From positions 165,957 to 229,956 of the forward strand of contig QQUF01000045.1 in NCBI GenBank assembly GCA_008501735.1: a DNA stretch of 64,000 nucleotides, written 5' to 3'. Position 1 is the first letter of the stretch, and the number at the start of each line of letters is the position of its first letter. Source of the DNA: Calditrichota bacterium (lineage in GTDB: Bacteria > CLD3). Under the pieces are notes generated by a model. The model was not told the origin of the DNA and made no database searches. It worked only from the letters and a program-made list of their open reading frames with translations. Positions 1-9,899 of this stretch are shown here, piece by piece. Both the position numbers and the translations under genes were made by a program.

Positions 1-1155
1 AGTTCTTGCTTTGCTCAAACCGTTTCAACTTTAACTGCAAGTTTTAATGCAAGTGGTGGAGTTGCTTACCGTGACGGATTTGTTTACGTCGCAGATTTTG
101 GAACAGCTTTGAACCAAGCAGACGGAACAAATGTTTACAAAGTTGACCCAACCGACGGAAGTTTTAGTGTTTTTGCTACAGGGCTTTCAGGAGCTTCGGG
201 AAATTCTTTTGACTCTCAAGGAAATCTTTTTCAATCTAACATCGCTGCAAGTTCGATTTCAAAAATTGACACAAACGGGATTGTAACAAATTTTTCTTCA
301 ATCGGAGTTCAAGGACCAGTTGGAATTGCAATTGACAGTTTGGACAATGTTTTTGTAGCAAATTGTGGAAACAGTACAATTCGTAAAATTTCAGCAGCAG
401 GAGTTTCAACTCCATTTGCAAGCAACTCAACAGGTTTGTTAAGTTGTCCAAACGGACTGACAATTGACGAAAACGGAAATCTTTACACTTGCAACTTTGG
501 AAACGGAAACATTGTTAAAATTGACCCGAACGGAGTTGTTACTTTGCTAACAGTAATGCCTGGAGGAAACAATGGTCATTTAACTTACGCTAACGGATTT
601 CTTTTCGTTGTTGACAGAGGTGGAAATTCTGTTTGGATGGTAAGTTTGGAAGGTGAACAAGTTTTAGTTGCAGGAAGTGGTTTTTGTGGAAAATTAGATG
701 GAGTTGGAAACCAAGCTACATTTTCATTTCCAAATGGAATTAGAGCGACACCGTCAGGAGACACACTTTTTGTAAACGATGCAGTTCCACTTTGCAATTC
801 AAACCTAAACCCAATTGTAGTAAGAATGATTACGGGCATTAATTCAGCTGTTGGAATCAAAGAAGAAAGCTACAAACCAATTTCATTTTCACTTAGCCAA
901 AACTACCCTAACCCTTTTAATCCTTCAACTTCGATTAATTACGAATTGGGAATTACGAATTACGAATTAGGGAGATTGAGCATTTTCAACACTCTTGGTG
1001 AAACGGTAAAAGAGTTCGAAATTGCAAATTCAAAAGGCTCAGTAATTTGGGACGGAACTAATGAAATTGGGAAAAATGTTAGTTCAGGTGTCTATTTTTA
1101 TGAGCTAAAAATTGGCAACCAATCTCAAAAACGAAAAATGGTTTTGATGAAATAA
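1..1155 (+). CDS. NHL-repeat beta-propeller protein with T9SS C-terminal sorting domain (5' end cut by window edge)
   Basis: Frame 1 is open from nt 1 (SSCFAQTVS..., resembling the end of a signal peptide), so the track start at 109 (TTG) is probably an artefact. Repeated blades such as GPVGIAIDSLDNVFVANCGNSTIRKI and CPNGLTIDENGNLYTCNFGNGNIVKID. C-terminus LSQNYPNPFNPSTSINYEL...GVYFYELK...MVLMK. Confidence 0.8.
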   Translation, partial: SSCFAQTVSTLTASFNASGGVAYRDGFVYVADFGTALNQADGTNVYKVDPTDGSFSVFATGLSGASGNSFDSQGNLFQSNIAASSISKIDTNGIVTNFSSIGVQGPVGIAIDSLDNVFVANCGNSTIRKISAAGVSTPFASNSTGLLSCPNGLTIDENGNLYTCNFGNGNIVKIDPNGVVTLLTVMPGGNNGHLTYANGFLFVVDRGGNSVWMVSLEGEQVLVAGSGFCGKLDGVGNQATFSFPNGIRATPSGDTLFVNDAVPLCNSNLNPIVVRMITGINSAVGIKEESYKPISFSLSQNYPNPFNPSTSINYELGITNYELGRLSIFNTLGETVKEFEIANSKGSVIWDGTNEIGKNVSSGVYFYELKIGNQSQKRKMVLMK

Positions 1156-1183
1156 TTTTCACTTTTAAATTTTTACGGGTAAA

Positions 1184-2353
1184 ATGAAAAAATCTTTAAA
1201 AACAGTTTTAGTAGGAATCGCAGTTTTACAGACTTCGATTTTGTTCGGACAAGACGTTACAACTTTGATTAGCCAAAACGGCGGAATAATTAGAGACGGT
1301 CTTTCAGTTGACAGTTTGGGAAATATTTATTCCTCTAACTTTGCAAACACAGTTGCAAAAATCAAACCTGACGGAAGTTTCACCTACATTTCAACGACAA
1401 TGGGAACTTCGGCAGGAAACATTACAGACGCAGACGGAAATCTTTTTGTATCAAATTACAATCTTGGAGTGATTAGCAAAATCTTACCTAACGGAACAAA
1501 GTCAACTTTTGCTGATGGAATTCCTGGTCCTGTAGGATTGACTTTTGACTTAACAGGCGACACTTTGTTTGTTGCAAGTTACATTGGCGATTCGGTTCAT
1601 AAAATTTCACCAGACGGCACAGTTTCAACTTTTGTTGACGGAATGGGAATAAATGGACCAGCGGGAATTTGCACTGATTCAAGTGGAAATTTGTACGTTG
1701 GAAATTTCGACGACGCAAACATTCATAAAATTACACCAAGTGGTTTGATTTCACCTTTTGCAGTAATTCCTGGTCCTGGAACTGGGCAAATCGGTTACGT
1801 AACTTACAGCAAATCTCAAAATAAAATTTATGCAACAGCGAGAAGTGCTAACAAAATTTATGAAGTTGATTTAAATGGAAATGTTACTCACTTTGCAGGA
1901 ACTGGAGCGAATAACAGTGTTGATGGAATCGGAACTTCTGCTTCCTTTGCATTACCGAACGGAATCACTTCTTCACCAAACGGCGACACACTTTATGTTT
2001 CAGAAGGTCCATCAGGGACTTTGAGAAGAATTGTTGGAGGAATTGCAACTGCAATTTCCGAACCAATTCAAACTCCTTTGAATTTTAAACTTGAGCAAAA
2101 TTACCCAAATCCTTTTAACCCAACAACTTCTATTAATTACGAATTGGGAATTACGAATTACGAATTGGGAAAATTAAGCATTTACAACACTCTTGGTGAG
2201 ACAGTTAGGGAATTTGAAATTGATAAACCAAAAGGTTCAATCAATTGGGACGGAACTAATAAACTTGGGAAAAATGTAAGTTCAGGAATTTATTTTTATG
2301 AGCTAAAAATTGGAAACCAATCTCAAAGAAAGAAAATGGTTTTGATGAAATAA
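1184..2353 (+). CDS. NHL-repeat beta-propeller protein with T9SS C-terminal sorting domain
   Basis: Signal peptide MKKSLKTVLVGIAVLQTSILFGQ. Blades GPVGLTFDLTGDTLFVASYIGDSVHKI and GPAGICTDSSGNLYVGNFDDANIHKI. C-terminal domain LEQNYPNPFNPTTSINYEL...GIYFYELK. Paralog of the preceding gene; the sorting-domain DNA is nearly identical. Confidence 0.85.
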   Translation: MKKSLKTVLVGIAVLQTSILFGQDVTTLISQNGGIIRDGLSVDSLGNIYSSNFANTVAKIKPDGSFTYISTTMGTSAGNITDADGNLFVSNYNLGVISKILPNGTKSTFADGIPGPVGLTFDLTGDTLFVASYIGDSVHKISPDGTVSTFVDGMGINGPAGICTDSSGNLYVGNFDDANIHKITPSGLISPFAVIPGPGTGQIGYVTYSKSQNKIYATARSANKIYEVDLNGNVTHFAGTGANNSVDGIGTSASFALPNGITSSPNGDTLYVSEGPSGTLRRIVGGIATAISEPIQTPLNFKLEQNYPNPFNPTTSINYELGITNYELGKLSIYNTLGETVREFEIDKPKGSINWDGTNKLGKNVSSGIYFYELKIGNQSQRKKMVLMK

Positions 2354-2359
2354 ATTTAA

Positions 2360-2390
2360 CCAACACAAAAAATCGGCTATTTTGTGTTGG
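2360..2390 (+). terminator. Hairpin downstream of the NHL gene (11-bp stem CCAACACAAAA/TTTTGTGTTGG)
   Basis: Perfect 11-bp inverted repeat with a 9-nt loop, 7 nt after the stop codon. There is no separate U-tract beyond the T-rich 3' arm. Confidence 0.4.
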
Positions 2391-2421
2391 GAGTAAATAA
2401 GGTAAATAAATTTAACCTTAT

Positions 2422-2886
2422 TTACCTTATGGTTTTTACAAGCTCTATTCCCTGATTTGTAATCTTTATTTTATGATGTTTATATAATTTTCCGATTGCT
2501 TGTTTAAACACAATTTTACTTACTTGAAATTCTTTTTTGATATTTTCAGGAGAACTTTTATCATTAAATTCAGATTTTCCACCATTTTCCATAAGATGAT
2601 CTAGAATTTTTTCAGTAGTCAAAAGAACATTCATCTCTTGCTTGGGCTGCATAGAAACGTCTATTTTCCCATCGTCTCTAATTAATTTTATATACGCTTT
2701 AAGTTTTTGTCCTAAACGATAATCTTCATAAACCTGATTTCCATAAACCAATCCTGTGTATTCATCGTTTATCGCTACTTTTATACCTAAATCGGTAAAA
2801 GCATAAATCTCTACATCTACTTCCTGCCATTGAGTAAATATTTCTTCATCAACTGTTTCTTTTAAATAGTTAAAATTGTTTTCCAT
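2422..2886 (-). CDS. Short CvfB/YitL-family protein (one S1-like domain plus C-terminal winged helix)
   Basis: ILDHLMENGGKSEFNDKSSPENIKKEFQVSKIVFKQAIGKLYKHHKIKI matches the recalled CvfB/YitL C-terminal winged-helix signature. It is preceded by an S1-like segment (GLVYGNQVY...KAYIKLIRDDGKIDVSMQP). At 154 aa it has about half the usual family length. Confidence 0.65.
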   Translation of the reverse strand: MENNFNYLKETVDEEIFTQWQEVDVEIYAFTDLGIKVAINDEYTGLVYGNQVYEDYRLGQKLKAYIKLIRDDGKIDVSMQPKQEMNVLLTTEKILDHLMENGGKSEFNDKSSPENIKKEFQVSKIVFKQAIGKLYKHHKIKITNQGIELVKTIR

Positions 2887-3262
2887 TATTTATCCATTTC
2901 ATCAATTGTTTTGAATAGCACCGCAATCAAAAGAAGCATTAATTTTTATCCACAATTAGTATATTTATTTTTCTAACTAACCAAAAAATTCCAACCTTAC
3001 TTTAAAATAAGTTTTAGAATGTTTCAAAGTTAAATTCAAATTTCTTCATTAACAACAAGCAATATAAAATTACCAAGGAAATGGAAACTCAACTTTCGGT
3101 CTGAATTTCATAAATTTCATTAGTTTTGCTTTTTGGTGAAAACCTTTCTATTGCAAGAAAATTCAGGAACAGAGAAATTTTTCGAACATTTAATTTGTTG
3201 GGTATGAATAAGTATTCACTATTTTTGAAATAAAATTAATACATTAAATATATTAGAATTTA

Positions 3263-5020
3263 ATGAATAAATCATACTCTAGTTCTGTATCAAGTTCTCC
3301 AATTCGGAAAAAAAAGATTCAACAATATTTAGGTCTTTTTATAATTCTCCTAATAATTTATTTTTTTCTGAAAGATTCAACTTGGACGGGTGGAACTGTA
3401 GAATTACACACAATTATGGAGGCATTTGCGACATCACTTACAATGAGTATTGGAGTTATCTCGATTGTTAGATTTTATTCTAAAAAAAATAATACATTTC
3501 TATTTATTGGTGCTGGTTTCTTAGGAACATCTTTTTTAGAAGGTTACCATATGGTTGTAACCTCTACTTTTTTTTATGAACATTTCCCTTCAGAACTATC
3601 TTCCCTTTCTCCTTGGAGTTGGGTTGCCGCAAGACTGTTTTTATCTATTTTAATGCTTTTAAGTTGGTGGGCTTGGAAAAGAGAAGAGAAAATGGGAGAT
3701 AAAGGTATTATTAAGGAAAATACAATTTATATAGTTATCGGAATACTAACATTAGTTAGCTTTTTATTTTTTGTCTTTGTGCCTCTTCCAAGAGCTTATT
3801 ACCCTGAATACTTTTTTCACAGACCTCAAGAAATCATACCTGGAATATTTTTTCTTTTAGCACTAATTGGCTATTTTAAAAAAGGGCATTGGGAAAAAAA
3901 TGATTTTGAGCATTGGATGATTCTTTTTCTAATAATAAGTTTCTCTAGTCAATTAATCTTTATGACACTTTCAGGTAAAAATTTTGATATGATGTTCGAT
4001 GTTGCCCACTTACTCAAAAAACTCAGTTATATTTTTGTTCTAAATGGACTGCTTATAAGTATGTTTTATTTGTTCAAAGATGGAGAAGAAAAAACAGAAA
4101 GAATAAAAAAAATAAACTCAAACTTAAATGACGAAATTAATGAACGAATAAAAGCTGAAAAAGAGTTACAAGAACTTTCCTCAAAATTAGAAAAAAATGT
4201 TGAGGATTTAATAATTGAGCAAAAAAAGTCCCTTAAAAGATTAAATGAAACAACCAATGCAAAATTACTTGCTGAAAAGTCCCGAAACAAATTAAAACTC
4301 GTAGCAGAACAATTAGCAAATTCGAATAAAGAACTAACACAATTTGCCTTTATAGCTTCCCATGATTTGCAAGAACCTCTAAGAAAAGTAGAAATCTTTG
4401 GAAGTATGTTAGAGACAAGATTAAAAGGAAACTCAGACGAAAAAATAGATAACTACATTTCTGTAATGGTAAACTCAGCTAAAAGAATGAGAGATTTAAT
4501 AAATGGATTATTATCATATTCAAAAATTACATCAAGTACTATCCCCTTTCAATCAGTTAATCTAGATAAAATAGTCGCTGGAGTAGTTTCTGATTTACAA
4601 ACGACGCTTGAAAACTCAAACGGAAAAGTTGAGTGGCAAAATATGTTAACTATTGAAGCTGATCATTTACAACTAAGACAATTATTCCAAAACCTTATAA
4701 GTAACAGTATCAAATATTCCCTAAAAGGTGAAAAACCTTTAATTAAAATACATTGCGAAGAATTTTTAAATCCATCAAATGAAAATTTTTGTAAAATTTT
4801 TGTAAAGGATAATGGGATTGGATTCGATGAGAAATATTCTGAGAAGATTTTTGAAGTTTTTCAACGCCTTCATCCTAAAACTGAGTATAAAGGCTCAGGA
4901 ATTGGGCTCTCAATTTGTAAAAGAATTATGGAACGCCATAATGGAACAATTTCAGTAATTAGCAAACCTGATAAAGGCTCAACCTTTATTCTAACTTTAC
5001 CGATAAAACAAAATTTATAA
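3263..5020 (+). CDS. Membrane sensor histidine kinase
   Basis: About 6-7 N-terminal hydrophobic segments, then a coiled coil. H-box FIASHDLQEPLRKV, N-box LFQNLISNSIKYS, G1 VKDNGIGFD, G2 GSGIGLSICKRIM. No adjacent response regulator. Confidence 0.85.
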   Translation: MNKSYSSSVSSSPIRKKKIQQYLGLFIILLIIYFFLKDSTWTGGTVELHTIMEAFATSLTMSIGVISIVRFYSKKNNTFLFIGAGFLGTSFLEGYHMVVTSTFFYEHFPSELSSLSPWSWVAARLFLSILMLLSWWAWKREEKMGDKGIIKENTIYIVIGILTLVSFLFFVFVPLPRAYYPEYFFHRPQEIIPGIFFLLALIGYFKKGHWEKNDFEHWMILFLIISFSSQLIFMTLSGKNFDMMFDVAHLLKKLSYIFVLNGLLISMFYLFKDGEEKTERIKKINSNLNDEINERIKAEKELQELSSKLEKNVEDLIIEQKKSLKRLNETTNAKLLAEKSRNKLKLVAEQLANSNKELTQFAFIASHDLQEPLRKVEIFGSMLETRLKGNSDEKIDNYISVMVNSAKRMRDLINGLLSYSKITSSTIPFQSVNLDKIVAGVVSDLQTTLENSNGKVEWQNMLTIEADHLQLRQLFQNLISNSIKYSLKGEKPLIKIHCEEFLNPSNENFCKIFVKDNGIGFDEKYSEKIFEVFQRLHPKTEYKGSGIGLSICKRIMERHNGTISVISKPDKGSTFILTLPIKQNL

Positions 5021-5042
5021 ACTCTTAATCCCTTTTATCTAA

Positions 5043-5079
5043 AAATGCCATTAACAACCTAAGTCTATTAATGGCATTT
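5043..5079. terminator. Hairpin between convergent genes (12-bp stem AAATGCCATTAA/TTAATGGCATTT)
   Basis: Perfect 12-bp inverted repeat with a 13-nt loop. The A-run on the + strand upstream gives a U-tract for the minus-strand S8 gene. Confidence 0.6.
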
Positions 5080-5103
5080 AAAATTGAGAAATAGAAATAA
5101 ATC

Positions 5104-8055
5104 CTATTTCAAGAAAACTGCTTTTTTAGTAGAAGAAAATTCAGGAGTTGTAAGTTTGTAGAAATAAATTCCTGTTGAAACTAAATTCCCGATTTCATCA
5201 GTTGCATTCCAAGAAATGCTTTGTTTTCCTGATTCAAAACTTCCATTTGCAAGTGTTTTAACAAGTTGCCCTTTTACGTTAAAAACTTCAAGTTTAACGT
5301 TTGTTGTTTTTGGCAAATTGAAAGAAATTTTTGTTGAAGGATTAAAAGGATTTGGGAAATTTTGCTCCAAACTAAAACTATTAGGAACTGATTTTCCTTT
5401 TTCTTCAATTCCAACAACAAACAAATCATCAACGATTGCTTGAAGTGCTTCATCAGAAGAAGTTAAAGCAGGTGATGATTTTATAATTGATGCTAAATCA
5501 AACCCGAAAACGGCTGCTTTCCAATTGTTGCCTTGAACTGTTACCACTGCATTTCCTTCAGTTGCACTTGCTCCATAACCTGCAACAACAATTCCATTTC
5601 CAGTAACATTGATTACATCTTTAGAATCTTGAATATTTTCAGGGTTTGCTCCAGAAGCTCGCATTAAAAAACCAAGAGTAGCTCCAGGTGCAGACAGTGC
5701 ACTTCCAGAAATTCCTCTCACAAAGTCAGAAGAACCTTGATAATTTCCACCATTTCCAAGACCAAGCATTGTCATTAAAGCTCCATTTGACTGTGTTTGA
5801 ATAATGTTTTGACCACTTAAGACCAAATGTCCACCAGCATTCAAGTAATCAACTAAAAGTTGCTCTTGAGATACACTCATTACATTAAAAGTTTTGCTTC
5901 CTGTATACCAAACAACAATTGATGGTTGTGTCAGCATTCCTAATTCGGCTAATGTTGGTTCGTTAGGATTTTCATCCAAATCCCACAAAAATGAGTCATA
6001 ACTTAAGTCATTACCAATTTTTTTATAAATCGTGTCAACTGAAGAAGATTGGTCAGCACCAACAATTAAAAGTGAAGCTGGTCCATTTGAATAATCGAAA
6101 GTCATATTTTGTCCAGCATTGATAGAAAATTGTGGAATTTCCATTTCCGAATAAGGAAAGCCAGGAATAAAAGTCATTCTGTAATCAGATTCTGGTAAAT
6201 CAACAGAGTAATCTCCATTTGCATCAGTTTGAAAAGAAGTAAATTCAAATTCTTCATTTCCAGTAATTCCATAAACTACAATTTCACCGACGATTGCATT
6301 TCCATTTCCATCATCAAAAGTTCCGCTGACTGTTGCACCAGGGTTTTGTACTAAAGTAATTGGAAAATCAACAGGATTATTTGGAGTCAAAGTCGGAATT
6401 CCTGAAAAAGTAGCAGTTTGGTAACCAAAAGCTGAAACTTCCAATGAAATATTAGTCAACAAAGGTTTTGCTGTGTAATTACCGTTAGCAGCAGTAATAA
6501 ATTCTTGTTCTGTCTCAATTACTTTAACTGTCGCAAAAGAAATTGGATTCCCATTAGAACTGTTTGTTAAACTTCCTGATACAACCAAAGGAGAGATTTC
6601 TCCTGCCGCTGCAAGAACATCAATAATTCCCATTCCATAATCATTATCATCTCCTGGAGCTCCTAAGTCTTTTGCAGTTGTAAGTAACGCAAGTTTAGCT
6701 TCTTCAGCAGTTACGTTTGGATTGACATTTTTAAGAAGTGCAATTGCACCTGCAACAACTGGACCTGAGAAAGAAGTTCCAAAAGAATTAGAAGTTCCTC
6801 CTCCTCCAGCAGAACCATTTGCAACTTTTATTAATGACCCTTGTGCCATAACTTCAGGTTTAATTTTGAAATCTGCATTATGTGGTGGCGGAACAATTGG
6901 ACTGTTCGCACAACCTGAAGGTCCACGAGAACTAAATCCTGAAACAGAAACTTGATTTGAGTTTACAGAGCCAACTGAAAAAGTATTAACTGATGAAATA
7001 GCTCCAGAAGCAACATCGCCTTGAGTTTGAGCTCCAGGTCCTTCATTTCCAGCAGACCAAACAGTTGCAACTCCAAGAGCTTCAAATGTATTATAGGTTT
7101 GGAACTCACTTAGATTCGCACAACCTCCAGTATTTCCGCCATAAGAATTATTAACAACAGCTAATTTGTCAAGAACGTCAGCAGGAAGCTGTGAAGCCCA
7201 AGAAAATCCTGCACCAGGGTTTCCAATTGTGATTCCAACTCCAGCATTGTGTTTTGAACCAATCCACCAAGCTCCAGGAGCAGTTCCTAAAGTATCAGTT
7301 AAAGTGTGTCCGACCATCATACTCATTGTTCCAGTCCCGTGAGTATTTGAAGGTAAGTCTTCGGGAAATTGTGAATTTTGCCCAGCAGCATCATTCCAAG
7401 CGTGATTCCATTGAACATTCGGTTGAAGCCCGTACCAACTTGAAGATAAATAAGGTTGGTTTCCATCAACTCCTGAATCAATATTCATTACAATTACTCC
7501 ACTTCCGTCGTAACCTAATGCCCAAAGTTTATCAGCGTTGATTGCTGAAAGAGCAGCATTTTTTTGGCTAATTTGAGCAGAACTTCCTTTTTCTTGGAAT
7601 TCTGGTGAAACAGGAGTTGGGATTGTTCTTTCATAAAATCTAAAAAGAGTTTGAACTTCTTCAAAAGATGCGATTTCTTCCAAAAGCTCAGGAGTTGCAT
7701 TAGTTATAAAAATCATATTTGAAAGAAAATTCGATTCAAAAGACTCTACTTTTTCAGGGCTTGCTTTCAAATAATCTAAAATATTCTTCTGTGTGCGGTT
7801 AGCAACTTCTTTTAAAATAGGAAGAAGAATGTCTCTTCTTTCTGAGTTTTTAAGTCTTTCTTGATTGAATCGACTTTTAAAAGGTTTAATATCTACTTGT
7901 TCTTTTAAGTGAACGTAGGCAGAAACTCTTTCTCCTTCACGTAGTTCGCTAATTTGTTGCTGTAAATCCTCCGAAATATTTCCAGCATTAGCAAGAAGCG
8001 GAATTGAACTTAAGAGCAAGCTTAGTCCAATAGTTTGAAATTTTGCAAATTTCAT
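5104..8055 (-). CDS. Secreted S8 (subtilisin-like) serine peptidase with CarboxypepD_reg-like repeats, a GATase1-like module and a T9SS sorting domain
   Basis: Signal peptide. Catalytic motifs D (VMNIDSGVDG), H (HGTGTMSMMVGH), N (VVNNSYGG), S (GTSFSGPVVAGA). C-terminus LEQNFPNPFNPSTKISFNLPKTTNVKLEVFN...GIYFYKL. Confidence 0.85.
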   Translation of the reverse strand: MKFAKFQTIGLSLLLSSIPLLANAGNISEDLQQQISELREGERVSAYVHLKEQVDIKPFKSRFNQERLKNSERRDILLPILKEVANRTQKNILDYLKASPEKVESFESNFLSNMIFITNATPELLEEIASFEEVQTLFRFYERTIPTPVSPEFQEKGSSAQISQKNAALSAINADKLWALGYDGSGVIVMNIDSGVDGNQPYLSSSWYGLQPNVQWNHAWNDAAGQNSQFPEDLPSNTHGTGTMSMMVGHTLTDTLGTAPGAWWIGSKHNAGVGITIGNPGAGFSWASQLPADVLDKLAVVNNSYGGNTGGCANLSEFQTYNTFEALGVATVWSAGNEGPGAQTQGDVASGAISSVNTFSVGSVNSNQVSVSGFSSRGPSGCANSPIVPPPHNADFKIKPEVMAQGSLIKVANGSAGGGGTSNSFGTSFSGPVVAGAIALLKNVNPNVTAEEAKLALLTTAKDLGAPGDDNDYGMGIIDVLAAAGEISPLVVSGSLTNSSNGNPISFATVKVIETEQEFITAANGNYTAKPLLTNISLEVSAFGYQTATFSGIPTLTPNNPVDFPITLVQNPGATVSGTFDDGNGNAIVGEIVVYGITGNEEFEFTSFQTDANGDYSVDLPESDYRMTFIPGFPYSEMEIPQFSINAGQNMTFDYSNGPASLLIVGADQSSSVDTIYKKIGNDLSYDSFLWDLDENPNEPTLAELGMLTQPSIVVWYTGSKTFNVMSVSQEQLLVDYLNAGGHLVLSGQNIIQTQSNGALMTMLGLGNGGNYQGSSDFVRGISGSALSAPGATLGFLMRASGANPENIQDSKDVINVTGNGIVVAGYGASATEGNAVVTVQGNNWKAAVFGFDLASIIKSSPALTSSDEALQAIVDDLFVVGIEEKGKSVPNSFSLEQNFPNPFNPSTKISFNLPKTTNVKLEVFNVKGQLVKTLANGSFESGKQSISWNATDEIGNLVSTGIYFYKLTTPEFSSTKKAVFLK

Positions 8056-8158
8056 TAATTCTCCGTTAAAGTTAAGGTTATGATTAGTTTAATTTTTTTA
8101 AGTCTAATGATTTAAGGGCTTTAAATGTAAAACTTTATAAGATTATTCCAATTGAAAA

Positions 8159-9160
8159 TTATTGAGCAATTGAAACGCTTGGGTGAGCAGTCATTTTTAA
8201 ATCAGATTTCATTCCTTTTTGTATCAATTTCCAACCACAGAAAGCAATCATTGCCGCATTGTCTGTACAAAAAACAGGCTTTGGAAACATTGCTTCAATT
8301 CCATTTTTTGAGGCTCTTTCAAACATCAAACTTCTCAACCTTGAATTTGCCGCAACTCCTCCGGTAACAACGATTTTGTTTAATTTTAATTCTTTGGCAG
8401 CTTTGATAGATTTTATTACTAAAATATCTGCAACTGCTTCTTGGAAACTTGCCGCAATGTCTTCAAGATTTTCTTCGATTTCAATTTTACTTAGGCTTTG
8501 AAGAAAAACTCTAACAGCTGTTTTCATTCCTGAAAAACTAAAGTTAAAATTTCCACTGTCAATCATTGGTCTTGGAAATCTGTAGGCTTTCGGATTTCCA
8601 TTTTTGGCTTTTTTATCAACGTTAGGACCTCCAGGAAATTCAATTCCAAGCATTTTAGCAACTTTATCAAAAGCCTCACCAGCTGCATCATCAACAGTTT
8701 GTCCAACTAACTCGTATTCTCCAAAATCTTTAAAATGCACAAGTTGTGTGTGTCCACCAGAAACAACTAAAGTCAGGAATGGCGGTTTTAGTTCAGGATT
8801 TTCGATAAAATATGCGTGCATATGACCTTCAATATGATGAACTCCAACTATCGGAATCTCCAAACCTAATGAAAGTGCCTTTGCGAAATTTACGCCAACT
8901 AACAAGGCTCCAACAAGTCCAGGTCGATTTGTAACGGCAATTGCGTCAATCTCTTCTTTAGTGATTTTTGCTTCATCAAGTGCTTGTTTAACAACTTGAG
9001 AGACAAGTTTTTGATGAGCTCTTGAGGCAAGTTCAGGTACAACACCACCAAAAGTCTTGTGTATTAGTTGTGAAGAAATAATATTTGAAATAATTTTTCC
9101 GTCTTCGAGAATTGCAGCAGCAGTTTCGTCGCAAGAAGATTCGATTCCAAGGATTTTCAT
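8159..9160 (-). CDS. tsaD: tRNA N6-adenosine threonylcarbamoyltransferase
   Basis: MKILGIESSCDETAAAI, the HHIEGH metal site, and a length of 333 aa typical of Kae1/TsaD. Confidence 0.95.
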   Translation of the reverse strand: MKILGIESSCDETAAAILEDGKIISNIISSQLIHKTFGGVVPELASRAHQKLVSQVVKQALDEAKITKEEIDAIAVTNRPGLVGALLVGVNFAKALSLGLEIPIVGVHHIEGHMHAYFIENPELKPPFLTLVVSGGHTQLVHFKDFGEYELVGQTVDDAAGEAFDKVAKMLGIEFPGGPNVDKKAKNGNPKAYRFPRPMIDSGNFNFSFSGMKTAVRVFLQSLSKIEIEENLEDIAASFQEAVADILVIKSIKAAKELKLNKIVVTGGVAANSRLRSLMFERASKNGIEAMFPKPVFCTDNAAMIAFCGWKLIQKGMKSDLKMTAHPSVSIAQ

Positions 9161-9346
9161 AAAAAATCTTAAAATAAGTGGATTTTGGTTAAAATGACTA
9201 CTCTAAAAGTAACTATTTTTTAGCAAATTTTCAAAATTCTTAATTACAAATTAGAGTTTGTTTTGAAATTAGTTGTTTTTTATCTTTTGCTTTCTTTTTG
9301 AGGAAAATCAAAACTAACTAAAACATAACTTTAAGGAAAGACTTGA

Positions 9347-9895
9347 ATGAATTTTAATGTTAATTTCAAAGAGTTTTTACAGTTTGTAATCATCAATACT
9401 GCTGCAATGTTTATTCTAATGGTAACATTAGAAGCTATTTTCGTAATTCACGTTCCTCATCAAGATGATGGTTGGTGTGTCAAATTTAATAAAATTGAAA
9501 AAGAATTTGGAAACCCATTAAGCGATACAGAATACACTTACGAGTGTTTGGAGTTCAAGAATGATTTTGAGAAAAGAATCGAACAAACAAACATTGCAAT
9601 GGGTGACAGAAAAGTCTTCATTAGAATCGTAGTTTTCTTAATTGGATTTTTAACTGCTTTTGGATTTTTCCACCTTTACCCACTCTGGAAAGGCAAATCA
9701 AATGTTTTTAGGCATTTAAAACTTTTACATTTTTTAACTGATATGCCTGTAATTGCTGTCGCAGCTTTGATTTCTGCAATTTTCCTTCCACTTTTGATAC
9801 TTGGAAGTTTACCTCACGCAGAAGTTTGGTATTTCCAAATTTTCTACGACTACAACTATTCTGTTGCAATGGAAATTCTTGAAACATTGAAGTAA
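9347..9895 (+). CDS. Hypothetical membrane protein
   Basis: 182-aa ORF with 3-4 hydrophobic segments. No recognisable motif. Confidence 0.45.
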   Translation: MNFNVNFKEFLQFVIINTAAMFILMVTLEAIFVIHVPHQDDGWCVKFNKIEKEFGNPLSDTEYTYECLEFKNDFEKRIEQTNIAMGDRKVFIRIVVFLIGFLTAFGFFHLYPLWKGKSNVFRHLKLLHFLTDMPVIAVAALISAIFLPLLILGSLPHAEVWYFQIFYDYNYSVAMEILETLK

Positions 9896-9899
9896 AGTT

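Noticed and set aside
937-968. Short AATTACGAATT repeats, considered as a possible CRISPR or microsatellite
   Set aside because: They are in-frame parts of T9SS sorting-domain coding sequence (NYELGITNYELG). There are only 2-3 copies, with no spacers.
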